Below, piece by piece: positions 7,765-16,103 of a stretch of DNA of 34,854 bases; the first letter of the stretch is position 1, and every line of letters begins with the position of its first letter. The stretch comes from a virus. Where the stretch lies: the IMG/VR virus record IMGVR_UViG_3300045988_095469; one strand, given 5' to 3'. The notes under the pieces are model-generated. The model had not been told where the DNA came from. It searched no databases and was given only the letters and a program-made list of their open reading frames with translations. Made by a program: the position numbers and the translations under genes.

Positions 7765-8015
7765 TCTCCCTCTTCCGTATCTTTAACTAGAATCGGTGTA
7801 TCAACCTTGACCTTGCTCCAATCGACCTGTTCAACGTGTTCAGATTGTAGCCACTGCTCTACCTTTTTAGGACTACAAGCGTCTCGGTCGTTGAACACAC
7901 AATCTAGACAAAAAAGATCATCACACATTTTCGGCTTTCCCGTTATTGCATTGATACCTATGTTTCTAATTATTATTTCCTTTAATTCATCTTTGTAATA
8001 TTCAATATTTAACAT
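7701..8015 (-). CDS. Hypothetical Cys-containing protein, 104 aa from the ATG at 8015
   Basis: AAGGAG lies 8 nt upstream of the ATG at 8015, whereas the track uses the GTG at 8024. CDDLFCLDC motif. Confidence 0.7.
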   Translation of the reverse strand: MLNIEYYKDELKEIIIRNIGINAITGKPKMCDDLFCLDCVFNDRDACSPKKVEQWLQSEHVEQVDWSKVKVDTPILVKDTEEGEWQKRHFLELKTEKSMLGMTV

Positions 8016-8059
8016 TTCTCTCACTCCTTAACATTTCTTAACATTTTTGTCCTTTAGTT

Positions 8060-8938
8060 CTAAATTAAATCAAATATATTCATCTGATTATCATCCTCAT
8101 AGACAAGCATTTCATTCTTAGCTCTTGTATAGAAATTCTTGTCTATCTCGAATCCAAACGCTGACCTTTTCAGCTCTCTTGCAGCTCTTAGTGTAGATCC
8201 ACTACCACAGCAAGGGTCTATAACAACATCGCCCTCATCTGTAAAGATTTCTATTAATTGCTTCAATACAGTTACAGGTTTTTGCGCTGGGTGTATTTTG
8301 GGAATTTCCTTTCCGTCTCTTTCCCATTTAAACCAGTTGAATATCATACGACCTGTTCCTCTGATTGTCTTTCCGTTTTCGTCCGTCTGAGCTCCATTTC
8401 TGAATTTGGGCAATTTATCTCTATACAGCACTAATGCATATTCTGTCGCTCCAACTACTCGCATATTTGCTTTTAGTACTTGTGGGCTGTAATTTTTGAT
8501 GAATACCAACGGTATGTAGTGGATGAATCCGTGCTTCTTTGCTGCGTCTATCAGTATTGGCATTTGTTCAAAGCTGCAAAATACAATCATACAAGGGCTG
8601 TTACTGCTTCTTCCTCTGTTAACTTGCTTTTTATCGTCTTTCTTCAACATCTTTGAACAAAAATGGAAATATTCATACAAATTAAAATTAAAATCAGAAT
8701 TAAACGCTGACTTCCCAGCATATTTGCTTTCGCCATTTTTGTTATCTCCGCCTTTGTACCACATTGGATTACTACCATAAAAGTTATTTCCAACATTATA
8801 CGGAACATCAGCAATTATTAGCTGTGCTGGTGGTATTGCGTATTTCTTGTAATTTTGCATATTGTCTCTGTAAATTTCACATTTTAATTTTTTTTTCATT
8901 TCTTCAATCGGAGTAAGAATTCTTTTATGTGCGCACAA
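8060..8938 (-). CDS. DNA methyltransferase, beta-class (motif IV DVPY before motif I DPCCGSGST); probably N6-adenine or N4-cytosine
   Basis: IIADVPYN and VIDPCCGSGSTLRAA motifs appear in beta order. TTG start with AGGAG RBS. No adjacent endonuclease gene. Confidence 0.85.
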   Translation of the reverse strand: MCAHKRILTPIEEMKKKLKCEIYRDNMQNYKKYAIPPAQLIIADVPYNVGNNFYGSNPMWYKGGDNKNGESKYAGKSAFNSDFNFNLYEYFHFCSKMLKKDDKKQVNRGRSSNSPCMIVFCSFEQMPILIDAAKKHGFIHYIPLVFIKNYSPQVLKANMRVVGATEYALVLYRDKLPKFRNGAQTDENGKTIRGTGRMIFNWFKWERDGKEIPKIHPAQKPVTVLKQLIEIFTDEGDVVIDPCCGSGSTLRAARELKRSAFGFEIDKNFYTRAKNEMLVYEDDNQMNIFDLI

Positions 8939-8958
8939 CTCTTCTCCTTTCGATTTTT

Positions 8959-9360
8959 TTATTTAATTACTGTTCTCAAGTCTCTTCTTTCAGTCTCCAT
9001 GTCTATTCCACATTCTTCTGCAATTATGCTTATCTGCTCTTCCCATGTGCTGTAATCCTCTGCAATGCATTCAGCCTTGTTGTCGAATCTCTCAAACATC
9101 TGCTTTATTCTTTTGTTGCCAAAACCAAATTCATCATGCATTGTTACAGCCATTAGGATTTTTACATACAGTACTGTGTTGTACTTAACATTGTCACTGA
9201 ATTTGTCTAAATCTGCTTTTGATACCCTTAAAGGTAGGTCAATGGCATTTCTCATTTTCAGGTCTGCTTCCAAGGCATCCAATCCCTTTTTTCTTGCAAA
9301 CCTTAGAGCATATGCCATACCCTCACGTCTTGCCTGTTCCTCTTTTGACATTCTTGCCAT
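8959..9360 (-). CDS. Hypothetical protein, 133 aa from MARMSKEE
   Basis: GGAGGA lies 7 nt upstream of the ATG at 9360. The track start at 9381 lacks an RBS. Confidence 0.7.
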   Translation of the reverse strand: MARMSKEEQARREGMAYALRFARKKGLDALEADLKMRNAIDLPLRVSKADLDKFSDNVKYNTVLYVKILMAVTMHDEFGFGNKRIKQMFERFDNKAECIAEDYSTWEEQISIIAEECGIDMETERRDLRTVIK

Positions 9361-9496
9361 CCTTATTTCCTCCATTGCCATAAGCCTTTGCTCTAAAAAT
9401 CTTTAGTGCATTGTCTCTTGGTCTTCCGTCATTTATGAACTCTTCCTGTTCGTGTGTTAAAATGCAACCAAATTCCTTACTTGTCTTTTTTCTCAT
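9323..9496 (-). CDS. Possible small ORF, 57 aa (MRKKTSKEFGCILTHEQEEFINDGRPRDNALKIFRAKAYG...)
   Basis: Hand translation. GGAG lies 7 nt upstream. It fills the otherwise empty 9382-9476 gap and overlaps both neighbours. Confidence 0.35.
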   Translation of the reverse strand: MRKKTSKEFGCILTHEQEEFINDGRPRDNALKIFRAKAYGNGGNKDGKNVKRGTGKT

Positions 9497-9662
9497 TCAT
9501 TTTCTCCAGCTTCGCCTTAAGCTCTGCTCTCTCTTCCTTAATTCTTGCCAATCTTACGTGATCATCTGCTGATAAGATTGAAACTGAAAATAAAATCTGC
9601 GATTCCATTCTGTCCAATTCCTCTAAGCGAATTTCTATGTCCTTAATATCCTTAACTTTCAT
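9477..9662 (-). CDS. Small coiled-coil protein, 61 aa from MKVKDIKD
   Basis: GGAGGA RBS lies before the ATG at 9662. The sequence is charged and heptad-like. Confidence 0.65.
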   Translation of the reverse strand: MKVKDIKDIEIRLEELDRMESQILFSVSILSADDHVRLARIKEERAELKAKLEKMNEKKDK

Positions 9663-10518
9663 TTTGTTGTTTCCTCCTCTTGTCTCTGTTTTCAATCAGT
9701 TGTCTTTCCAATGCCTGATAGTCATATTGCCTTTGGTCATTAAATGTCTTCTTGTTTTGTTGCTCTTTCTTTACAGGATAAAAATTACTCCAATCACCTG
9801 CTATGGCATTCTTGACTGCCTGTATTCTATCTTCATCCGTGTCGGCTATCTGATTCAGTCTGTCAATCAAAATCTTCAACTGATAGCCTGCTACTGGTTT
9901 ACCTTTTTCTTCTCTAAGCTTCAGGTATTCATCAAAAGCAACATTCAAATCATGATTGGCAAAAAAGCCAATATTTTTCTTTTCTTTACTTTTGTTTTCT
10001 TTTATTTTCTTTTGTTGTATTTCCGTATCATTTATGTTGGTTTCTGTTACATTTACACTTGTTTCTGTTACATTTATCGGTTTTAATGGTTCATTTAATA
10101 AGGGTTGACCTTTTTCATCAATCAACCTGTACCTTGTTTTCTGGACTTTGTTCCTAACAGTCACTGTATCGTAGCGTCGCTGAATTCCAACAGAGGTTAT
10201 AACTCCTTGCATCAGGAGGTCATGATCAAACAGACCTATGTCCGCACAAGAGAGAATAACTTGTAACACAAAGTCTTTTTTGTTAACCCATCTGTTACCG
10301 ATTGTCTTGATGATTTTAACCGGAAGGTTCTTCTTGAGCTGTTCAAAGTTTTTAAACTCAAGAAAGTAACCCTCTCGGTAAACCATCGAAATGACTATGT
10401 CGTAAATGGTTTGACCCAATGGACCATATTCATTCATCAGGTCCATTATTTTAAAGTCTTCATAATAATCAACATCTTTTGGGAAATAACTAAGTCCTGC
10501 CTTTATAGGTCTTCCCAT
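9652..10518 (-). CDS. Replisome organiser / replication initiator (DUF4373 Lin1244-like N-terminal domain, DnaD-like C-terminal region)
   Basis: N-terminus GRPIKAGLSYFPKDVDYYEDFKI... matches the DUF4373 pattern from memory. There are internal iterons and an AT-rich tract. Confidence 0.7.
   Translation of the reverse strand: MGRPIKAGLSYFPKDVDYYEDFKIMDLMNEYGPLGQTIYDIVISMVYREGYFLEFKNFEQLKKNLPVKIIKTIGNRWVNKKDFVLQVILSCADIGLFDHDLLMQGVITSVGIQRRYDTVTVRNKVQKTRYRLIDEKGQPLLNEPLKPINVTETSVNVTETNINDTEIQQKKIKENKSKEKKNIGFFANHDLNVAFDEYLKLREEKGKPVAGYQLKILIDRLNQIADTDEDRIQAVKNAIAGDWSNFYPVKKEQQNKKTFNDQRQYDYQALERQLIENRDKRRKQQNES
10019..10076. repeat. Three 21-nt-period direct repeats (iterons), candidate origin of replication
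   Basis: gtttctgttacattta occurs at 10040-10055 and 10061-10076. A degenerate copy ttccgtatcattta lies at 10021-10034. An A/T-rich tract at 9961-10020 is adjacent. Confidence 0.55.
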
Positions 10519-10567
10519 TTATTTCTCCCATTACCACCCTGCCCACCGGACAATGTGGTTCATTAAT

Positions 10568-11296
10568 TTAAGCCATTATTACAATGTTTGTTCCAAGTTC
10601 CTTTAAGTTCTTTTCAAGATACTTCTTTATTTCAGCCTTAGCCTGATTTACCCAAAGTCCACCATCAGCTTCTATTAATGTGAACTCAGGTATGTTGTCA
10701 GAGCCGTCAATTCTAAATACAAAACTTGATTCAGGCTGCGTAATTTCAAGAAATGTTCTGTATGGAATGAGTGACACCGGATTTGGAACTATTACGTCTG
10801 CACGACTGGCAACTCCCTGCTGGATTGTTGTCTTCTGTGTCACACCATCATCACCATAATTAGCTGTGGTTTTTGCTTCTATGTTTCCTGCAACCTTCAT
10901 TATTGCTTCAAGGTCAGATGTCTTTACAAACATTGACTGTAATTCAAGAATAAACTTGTCCTGTGTTACCCAGCGGTTTGCTTTGAAATGTGGAAGGTCT
11001 GCTTCAACAGTAATTAATTTTTCCCTGTTTCTCTCTTCATCCAATCCTGAAATTAAAGTTATTTCTGATGGTGACTTTATCTGTATGATCATCTTGTCCC
11101 TTAACTCCTCAGTACAACCCTTGATATAATCCACCAATGCTGTAAGTGTTGACACTGTTAGCGGACTTGCCTTTTCATTTACGTCATATCTTCTAAGTTC
11201 CTTGTCACAGTATGTTCTTCCATTAATTTCCACTATCTTTGGCTCCATTGCCTGTTCCTTTAATTCTGTTACATACTTCATTGCTTCCTTTATCAT
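10568..11296 (-). CDS. Hypothetical protein, 242 aa
   Basis: GGAGGA RBS. Long ORF with ordinary composition. Confidence 0.75.
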   Translation of the reverse strand: MIKEAMKYVTELKEQAMEPKIVEINGRTYCDKELRRYDVNEKASPLTVSTLTALVDYIKGCTEELRDKMIIQIKSPSEITLISGLDEERNREKLITVEADLPHFKANRWVTQDKFILELQSMFVKTSDLEAIMKVAGNIEAKTTANYGDDGVTQKTTIQQGVASRADVIVPNPVSLIPYRTFLEITQPESSFVFRIDGSDNIPEFTLIEADGGLWVNQAKAEIKKYLEKNLKELGTNIVIMA

Positions 11297-11309
11297 TTTT
11301 ATAATCCTC

Positions 11310-11729
11310 CTATACTTCTCCTACTTTTCTTAAGTCAACTATTTTATTGTTTCCAATTATCTCGCCTGTTTCAGTATCCACCTGCACGGCTTCATTACCA
11401 TACATTGTGTTTTTATCAAAGGTCATCTGTCCAGGTAATTCATTACCAATTTCCACTGCCTCAATGTCGTCTCCTGTCTTAAGATTTGTTCCACAGGTCA
11501 TTGTTGTTACTGCTCCCAATTCAGGTGCAAGTGATGTCTTTGCCACAACTCCTGTTGCAACAAAATTTCTTGTTTCATTCGGCTTGAATGCTATCGTTAC
11601 AGTGATTTTTCTTGTAGCCTTAGCATCCGTGTTCGGATCCTGAATGTTCTTCATTACCTTTTCCATTGCCCTATTTACCTGAACCGTGAATGCTCCGTTT
11701 GCAAACTCCTCCATGTTAATGTGTTTCAT
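11310..11729 (-). CDS. Hypothetical protein, 139 aa from MKHINMEEF; resembles phage proteins often annotated as replication terminator protein (from memory, unverified)
   Basis: AAGGAGGA RBS lies before the ATG at 11729. The upstream part of the track ORF overlaps the previous gene. Confidence 0.65.
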   Translation of the reverse strand: MKHINMEEFANGAFTVQVNRAMEKVMKNIQDPNTDAKATRKITVTIAFKPNETRNFVATGVVAKTSLAPELGAVTTMTCGTNLKTGDDIEAVEIGNELPGQMTFDKNTMYGNEAVQVDTETGEIIGNNKIVDLRKVGEV

Positions 11730-12075
11730 TGCTTCTTTCCTCCTTAATGTAGTTTCCTGCTTCATATTCCCTATATATCTGCATCCAATCATCAAGTGTC
11801 ATTGTCACCAGAATGTCTGCATTGTTTTTCTTGTGAAACACTGCCGGAAGTTCATCCTGCCTTGAATCTCTTCTTGCCTGCTCCATCCAGTCATACAAGT
11901 GCATTTTTTCCTGATGTTTTGCTTCTATATGTATTCCCGGAAGTCCCACAACGTCTGCATCACCATTTGCCCCACAATACTGCTGACCTCTTCTGGTTCT
12001 GTATCCGTATTCCCTTAGATGCCCGGCAAGTTGTCTTTCAAACCTTGCCCCCTTCTGCCTTGCATTAACTGCCAT
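11716..12075 (-). CDS. PD-(D/E)XK nuclease, Holliday-junction resolvase-like
   Basis: KGARFERQLAGHL...GDADVVGLPGIHIEAKHQ fits the G..ER / D / E.K nuclease pattern. It lies next to the RecT module. Confidence 0.65.
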   Translation of the reverse strand: MAVNARQKGARFERQLAGHLREYGYRTRRGQQYCGANGDADVVGLPGIHIEAKHQEKMHLYDWMEQARRDSRQDELPAVFHKKNNADILVTMTLDDWMQIYREYEAGNYIKEERSNETH

Positions 12076-12358
12076 TCTGTATCTCCCTTACTCTTTTCCT
12101 TGTTGCCAGCAACGACCAACCTATTTTCTTTAATCTGCTGCTTTCCTGTTTGTAATACTTAATGACAAGTTCATCTTCCTCGCCCTCTATTGGTTGAAAA
12201 TACCCTTGTCCATTGGATAGATTAAGTATTACCGTGTTTCTTCTGGCCATTGCAATTTCTTCCCTTATGTCTCTGTCTGACAATCCGGTCACCTTCTCTA
12301 GCTTTTTTCTTGAAATCGCATTGTCCTTTCCGAAAGGGATGTAATCTGAAATGTTCAT
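12065..12358 (-). CDS. Hypothetical winged-helix-like DNA-binding protein, 97 aa
   Basis: AGGAG lies 8 nt upstream of the ATG at 12358. ISRKKLEKVTGLSDRDIREEI looks like an HTH. Confidence 0.65.
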   Translation of the reverse strand: MNISDYIPFGKDNAISRKKLEKVTGLSDRDIREEIAMARRNTVILNLSNGQGYFQPIEGEEDELVIKYYKQESSRLKKIGWSLLATRKRVREIQNGS

Positions 12359-12445
12359 TGTCACGTCTCCTTTCTGCCTGCCACCATTAAGGTGACAGGT
12401 CTTACAATTTTGTGATATATATTTTGATTTATGACTGTCTGTTTT

Positions 12446-13369
12446 TTAATAATTGAAGAATGGCTTTGATTCTGTCTGAACCTTTTTTTCAGCCGGTTCC
12501 TCATTGTTTTTCTTTTCTTCTGGAACACTCTCTGTTTCCTCAACTGTCTGTTCTGCTGTCTGCTTCACTACTTCCTCATAAGTTTCATCTTCTGACTGCT
12601 CAACAGGTGTTGTTTCCACATATGTATGTGTTCCATCCTCATTAATTACTGTCATGTCGCTGTCAAGTGCTGTCTGTAAGTCAATGCTCATTATTCCCCA
12701 CTTGCTTATGATTTGTCTCAACATTGTCTTGTATGCCATTCCGTCAAAGTCCTTGCTCCAGAAGGTCCACTTCGTTCCCTTCTTCAAGTCTGATGCATAT
12801 CCCTGTGAATACTTCACTGCGTGAGCCTTCATCTTTTCCTTTGACCAATACATTGCCTTCCTGAATCCATTGACATACTCAAACATTGCATAATAGCCAA
12901 TTGTTTCTGCCTTTTCTCTCTCATTTTCATCTGAAATGAGATTTACTTCTATGTCTTCATTAAGTGGATCGAATCTGATTAACTCACCTTTCTTAATTGC
13001 CAGCACATTTAACTTCTTGTACTGTCCTGATCTGATTGCCAGCTGAATGTAGCCTTTATAACCAAGCTGGAACTGTGCCACCTTTGTTCCTGTTTTGTTA
13101 TCCTTGAACGGAACCATGTAATACTGTCCAAGCTGTGGACTTGGAGATAGATTAAGACTCTCTCCAAGCAATGCTGCACTTACTATTGATGAATTTTGAC
13201 ATTCCTGTAATGTTGGATTGTTTCCAACCGCACTTACTATTGAACTGATGAATCTCTTTCCGTTCTTTCCACCAACAACCTCATTAATCTGATTCTTTAC
13301 CGCATCATTTTTCAAATATGCCGTAAAACTTGTTTCTTGTCTTTTTGCCAAACTGTTTGATACTGCCAT
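12446..13369 (-). CDS. recT: RecT-family single-strand annealing recombinase
   Basis: QFQLGYKGYIQLAIRSGQYKKL and surrounding motifs are typical of RecT. It is paired with a YqaJ exonuclease. Confidence 0.85.
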   Translation of the reverse strand: MAVSNSLAKRQETSFTAYLKNDAVKNQINEVVGGKNGKRFISSIVSAVGNNPTLQECQNSSIVSAALLGESLNLSPSPQLGQYYMVPFKDNKTGTKVAQFQLGYKGYIQLAIRSGQYKKLNVLAIKKGELIRFDPLNEDIEVNLISDENEREKAETIGYYAMFEYVNGFRKAMYWSKEKMKAHAVKYSQGYASDLKKGTKWTFWSKDFDGMAYKTMLRQIISKWGIMSIDLQTALDSDMTVINEDGTHTYVETTPVEQSEDETYEEVVKQTAEQTVEETESVPEEKKNNEEPAEKKVQTESKPFFNY

Positions 13370-13380
13370 TTCATTTCCTC

Positions 13381-14295
13381 CTACTGTATCTGCTCATATT
13401 TAATGTTGTTTTTCGTAAGGAACTCACCCAATGCATTGAGCTGGTTTCCTGTTCCACACACCCTGATTACTATTGTGTGTGTCTTCTCTTCCTGATTTTC
13501 TTCTGTTCTTTCTTCCTGTGCCTCTTCCTCAACAGTCTGTGAAACACTTTCCTGCTTCTGCTCCGGTTCCTTCTTTCCTGCCTCTGCAAGTTTTTCGGCT
13601 TCTGCCTTTTCTCTTGCCTGTCTTTCCTCAAGTTCTGCCTTTCTTCTTGCCTCATACTCGGCTTTTCTTCTTGCATTTTCCTCGTATGTCTGTTTAACCA
13701 TCAATGCTTCTGTAATGTTGAGGGTTTCAATGTATTTCTGTTTCATTTCAAACTGATATTCACCGGTTTCAGCATTAATGACTTCCAAGTCGTGTCTTAC
13801 ACTGTCTCTCATATGCTCCATTTCATTGGTTATTGACTTTAATGTTGTTGTCACATTCAGATAACTTTCCTTGAAAACACGTTTGAATGTGAGTATCTCC
13901 TTCAGCTCTTCGGCACTTGCAAAGGTCCTGTCATATATCTCCTCAACCTTTATGAGCTTCTCTTCCCTTTTCTTCTGGTCATAAGCCTTTACCTGACTGT
14001 CAATGTTGGCATTTGCCTCATCTACAATTGCAATCAGTTCCTTTACCTGACCTTCAAACACACTGTATGGTTCAAGCATCATCTTCTTGACATCTTTCTT
14101 TCCGTCATTTAATGCCTTGCTGAACTTATTAAGTGCTGCCCTGTCAGCCTTTGCTTCCTTTATGTTTTCATCCGTGTACACCAATGACTTGTACATGTTT
14201 GCCTTTTCAGTAACTTCTTTTTTTAATTCCTCAAAGTTCCAATCAATGTGCTTTAGTGCATTATCCATTGTTGGATTGTAAATTTTTAATTCCAT
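13381..14295 (-). CDS. DUF1351-like protein with a highly charged K/E-rich C-terminal half
   Basis: N-terminus ...IDWNFEELKKEV...YTDENIKEAKADRAALNK resembles DUF1351, which commonly neighbours recT in Firmicutes phages (from memory). Confidence 0.65.
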   Translation of the reverse strand: MELKIYNPTMDNALKHIDWNFEELKKEVTEKANMYKSLVYTDENIKEAKADRAALNKFSKALNDGKKDVKKMMLEPYSVFEGQVKELIAIVDEANANIDSQVKAYDQKKREEKLIKVEEIYDRTFASAEELKEILTFKRVFKESYLNVTTTLKSITNEMEHMRDSVRHDLEVINAETGEYQFEMKQKYIETLNITEALMVKQTYEENARRKAEYEARRKAELEERQAREKAEAEKLAEAGKKEPEQKQESVSQTVEEEAQEERTEENQEEKTHTIVIRVCGTGNQLNALGEFLTKNNIKYEQIQ

Positions 14296-14316
14296 CTTTT
14301 TGGTATTCCTCCTGTT

Positions 14317-14973
14317 TTAAATTTCCGGCAGAATGAGAGCCGGCTTTTTTCTTTTTTTCACAAGCTCCATGAACTCCCTTTCTGACCTTTTTATTATTTC
14401 AATGTCTTCCTCAACATCTGCCCTTTCAATGTGATAATCCTTTGTGATTAGTCTTATGCTCTTATTCCACACACTCTTTATCTGTGCCCTGAGTTCGACA
14501 AACTCATATTCCGTCACCATCAGGTAATGAAGCACCTGTATGTAATAATTGTCCGGGATGTGTTCACCATCCCATTTTTCCTTGTGCATTGAACCAAAAA
14601 GCTCACTGGTCTTGCATTCAAATATGCCCTTCCTCCCGGTTTCAAGTTCTGTCAGTTCTCCATCAAGTGATGCGTGAGCAAACGGATACTTGTCATTGAG
14701 AAGCATGTTATCACCAAAGTATTCAACCTTGTATTCCGGGTGGTCCAATGCAAATATTGCTCTTATGTGTTCCTCTGCCCTGCTTCCATATATTACATAC
14801 GGTTCATTTGATATGTCTCTTGGCTTGGTTATTCCAACCATTTCATTCCAAAACTCCACATTGTTCTTGTAGGGATTAAGTCCCAACACTGCTGCTGCAT
14901 CAGAACCACCTATCTTTCCCTTTCTTGCAAGAAGCCATTCAGGTTTACTTGCAAATTTCTTTCTTGTAACCAT
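14317..14973 (-). CDS. YqaJ-like (lambda Exo-type) recombination exonuclease
   Basis: KIGGSDAAAVLGLNPYK N-terminal motif, plus later D/E/K residues (ECK). It is adjacent to recT. Confidence 0.85.
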   Translation of the reverse strand: MVTRKKFASKPEWLLARKGKIGGSDAAAVLGLNPYKNNVEFWNEMVGITKPRDISNEPYVIYGSRAEEHIRAIFALDHPEYKVEYFGDNMLLNDKYPFAHASLDGELTELETGRKGIFECKTSELFGSMHKEKWDGEHIPDNYYIQVLHYLMVTEYEFVELRAQIKSVWNKSIRLITKDYHIERADVEEDIEIIKRSEREFMELVKKRKKPALILPEI

Positions 14974-14975
14974 TT

Positions 14976-15293
14976 CTAATCAACCTGTTCATTAAGAATT
15001 TCATCCGTACAGTGCATCAATAATGTAACCAGTATCACCATTCCCAGAGCCACAAGTAACTGCCCTGCCTTGCTGTCTACCTCAATCCAGCCATTGACTA
15101 ACATCACTGCTCCTGTTATTACTCCTATTACCACGTTCTTGAATCCGTTAAGTACTCTGTACTTTTCAGCGATAATGTGGTAATCTTTAAGTGGTTTATT
15201 TTTGTAAGAGCTTGAACGTAGTGGTGTATATTCAGGCTCTTCTTTTTTGGTTTCTTTTACTTCTCTTACTTCAGGTCTTTTGTTTGTTTCCAT
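14976..15293 (-). CDS. Small membrane protein, 105 aa with two predicted TM helices
   Basis: Hydrophobic segments VVIGVITGAVMLV and LLVALGMVILVTLLM. AGGAG RBS. Confidence 0.7.
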   Translation of the reverse strand: METNKRPEVREVKETKKEEPEYTPLRSSSYKNKPLKDYHIIAEKYRVLNGFKNVVIGVITGAVMLVNGWIEVDSKAGQLLVALGMVILVTLLMHCTDEILNEQVD

Positions 15294-15301
15294 AAGCTCT
15301 C

Positions 15302-15568
15302 CTAACTGAACATTAAATGTATGAATTTATTCAACATTTCATTTTCTTCTCTTGACATTTTATTTTTGTTTTCTCTTGCACGCTTTTCAGCTTCTTCATC
15401 CGACATCACAGAACATTCCAGCAACATCTCAAACATTTCCTTTCCTATGTTTTCACCATGCTTTTTTATAAAATGCCTCTTTACAGCCTCCACAAATATC
15501 ATTGTCTCACATTCAATTAATTCATCAGGACCTGCCATTGTTGCCTTGTTTTTGTCTACAATAATCAT
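15302..15568 (-). CDS. Hypothetical protein, 88 aa
   Basis: GGAGGA RBS. Tightly packed in the operon. Confidence 0.7.
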   Translation of the reverse strand: MIIVDKNKATMAGPDELIECETMIFVEAVKRHFIKKHGENIGKEMFEMLLECSVMSDEEAEKRARENKNKMSREENEMLNKFIHLMFS

Positions 15569-15570
15569 CC

Positions 15571-15765
15571 TTATCCTCCAATCTTTCTTACCATTTCGGT
15601 AGTCTTTTCATCCGTCCAACTATTTGGCTTAGTCAGATGCGGACACATAGTGTTATTAATGTTCATCTGTCTGCCCAAGGGACAGCTCTTACAACTTCCT
15701 GAATACTTAATGCAGGTCTGCCTTAAGTTTCTTAAGCTGTTAATTGCTCCCACCAATTCAATCAC
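15571..15765 (-). CDS. Small Cys-rich protein (start uncertain: GTG 15765, TTG 15756 or GTG 15753)
   Basis: CIKYSGSCKSCP...MCPH pattern. The SD-like AAAGGGG is too close to the first GTG. Confidence 0.55.
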   Translation of the reverse strand: MIELVGAINSLRNLRQTCIKYSGSCKSCPLGRQMNINNTMCPHLTKPNSWTDEKTTEMVRKIGG

Positions 15766-15771
15766 CCCTTT

Positions 15772-15945
15772 CTATGAATAAAATCTCTCATTAAAATATT
15801 TTGTTGGAACTTTTCCTGACATTGTAATGTAGCCTTTTTCTTTTAATTCTGCATTCATCTGTTTAATTAACTTGTATGCAAAAGAAAGACTACACTCCAT
15901 TGTTTGAGCAATATCCTTTGCTCCCATAAATTGCTTTTCAGGCAT
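15772..15945 (-). CDS. Small HTH DNA-binding protein, excisionase-like (57 aa from MPEKQF)
   Basis: AGGAGG lies 8 nt upstream of the ATG at 15945. The GAKDIAQTMECSLSFAYKLIKQMN HTH and C-terminal GKVPTKYFNERFY are typical of the Xis / MerR-like HTH family (from memory). Confidence 0.6.
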   Translation of the reverse strand: MPEKQFMGAKDIAQTMECSLSFAYKLIKQMNAELKEKGYITMSGKVPTKYFNERFYS

Positions 15946-15957
15946 ATTACTCACCTC

Positions 15958-16074
15958 CTATAATTTCCATAAAGCCTGAATAATTAACGCATTAACTGTC
16001 AAACCTCTTTTCTTCGCCAATTCCTTAAGCTTTACGTGTAGCTCTGTTGGTATCCTAATGGTTGTCTGTATCAT
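15958..16074 (-). CDS. Ribbon-helix-helix (Arc/CopG-like) protein, 38 aa (MIQTTIRIPTELHVKLKELAKKRGLTVNALIIQALWKL); not in the ORF track
   Basis: Hand translation. AAAGGAG RBS. The beta-strand TIRIP followed by two helices fits the RHH pattern. Confidence 0.65.
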   Translation of the reverse strand: MIQTTIRIPTELHVKLKELAKKRGLTVNALIIQALWKL

Positions 16075-16103
16075 TCCTTTGCTCCTTTCGTTTTGATACC
16101 ATA

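Noticed and set aside
12377-12399. A 9-bp minus-strand hairpin (CCUGUCACC/GGUGGCAGG) between recT and the next gene.
   Set aside because: No U-tract follows, so it is probably not a terminator. It may be an mRNA stability or processing element, but I cannot support a call.
13470-13697. Alternative-frame ORFs rich in R/K/E/Q or P/L/F inside the DUF1351-like gene.
   Set aside because: They are an artefact of the purine-rich GAA/AAG/AGA coding repeat of the charged C-terminal half. They lack an independent RBS and overlap a better ORF.
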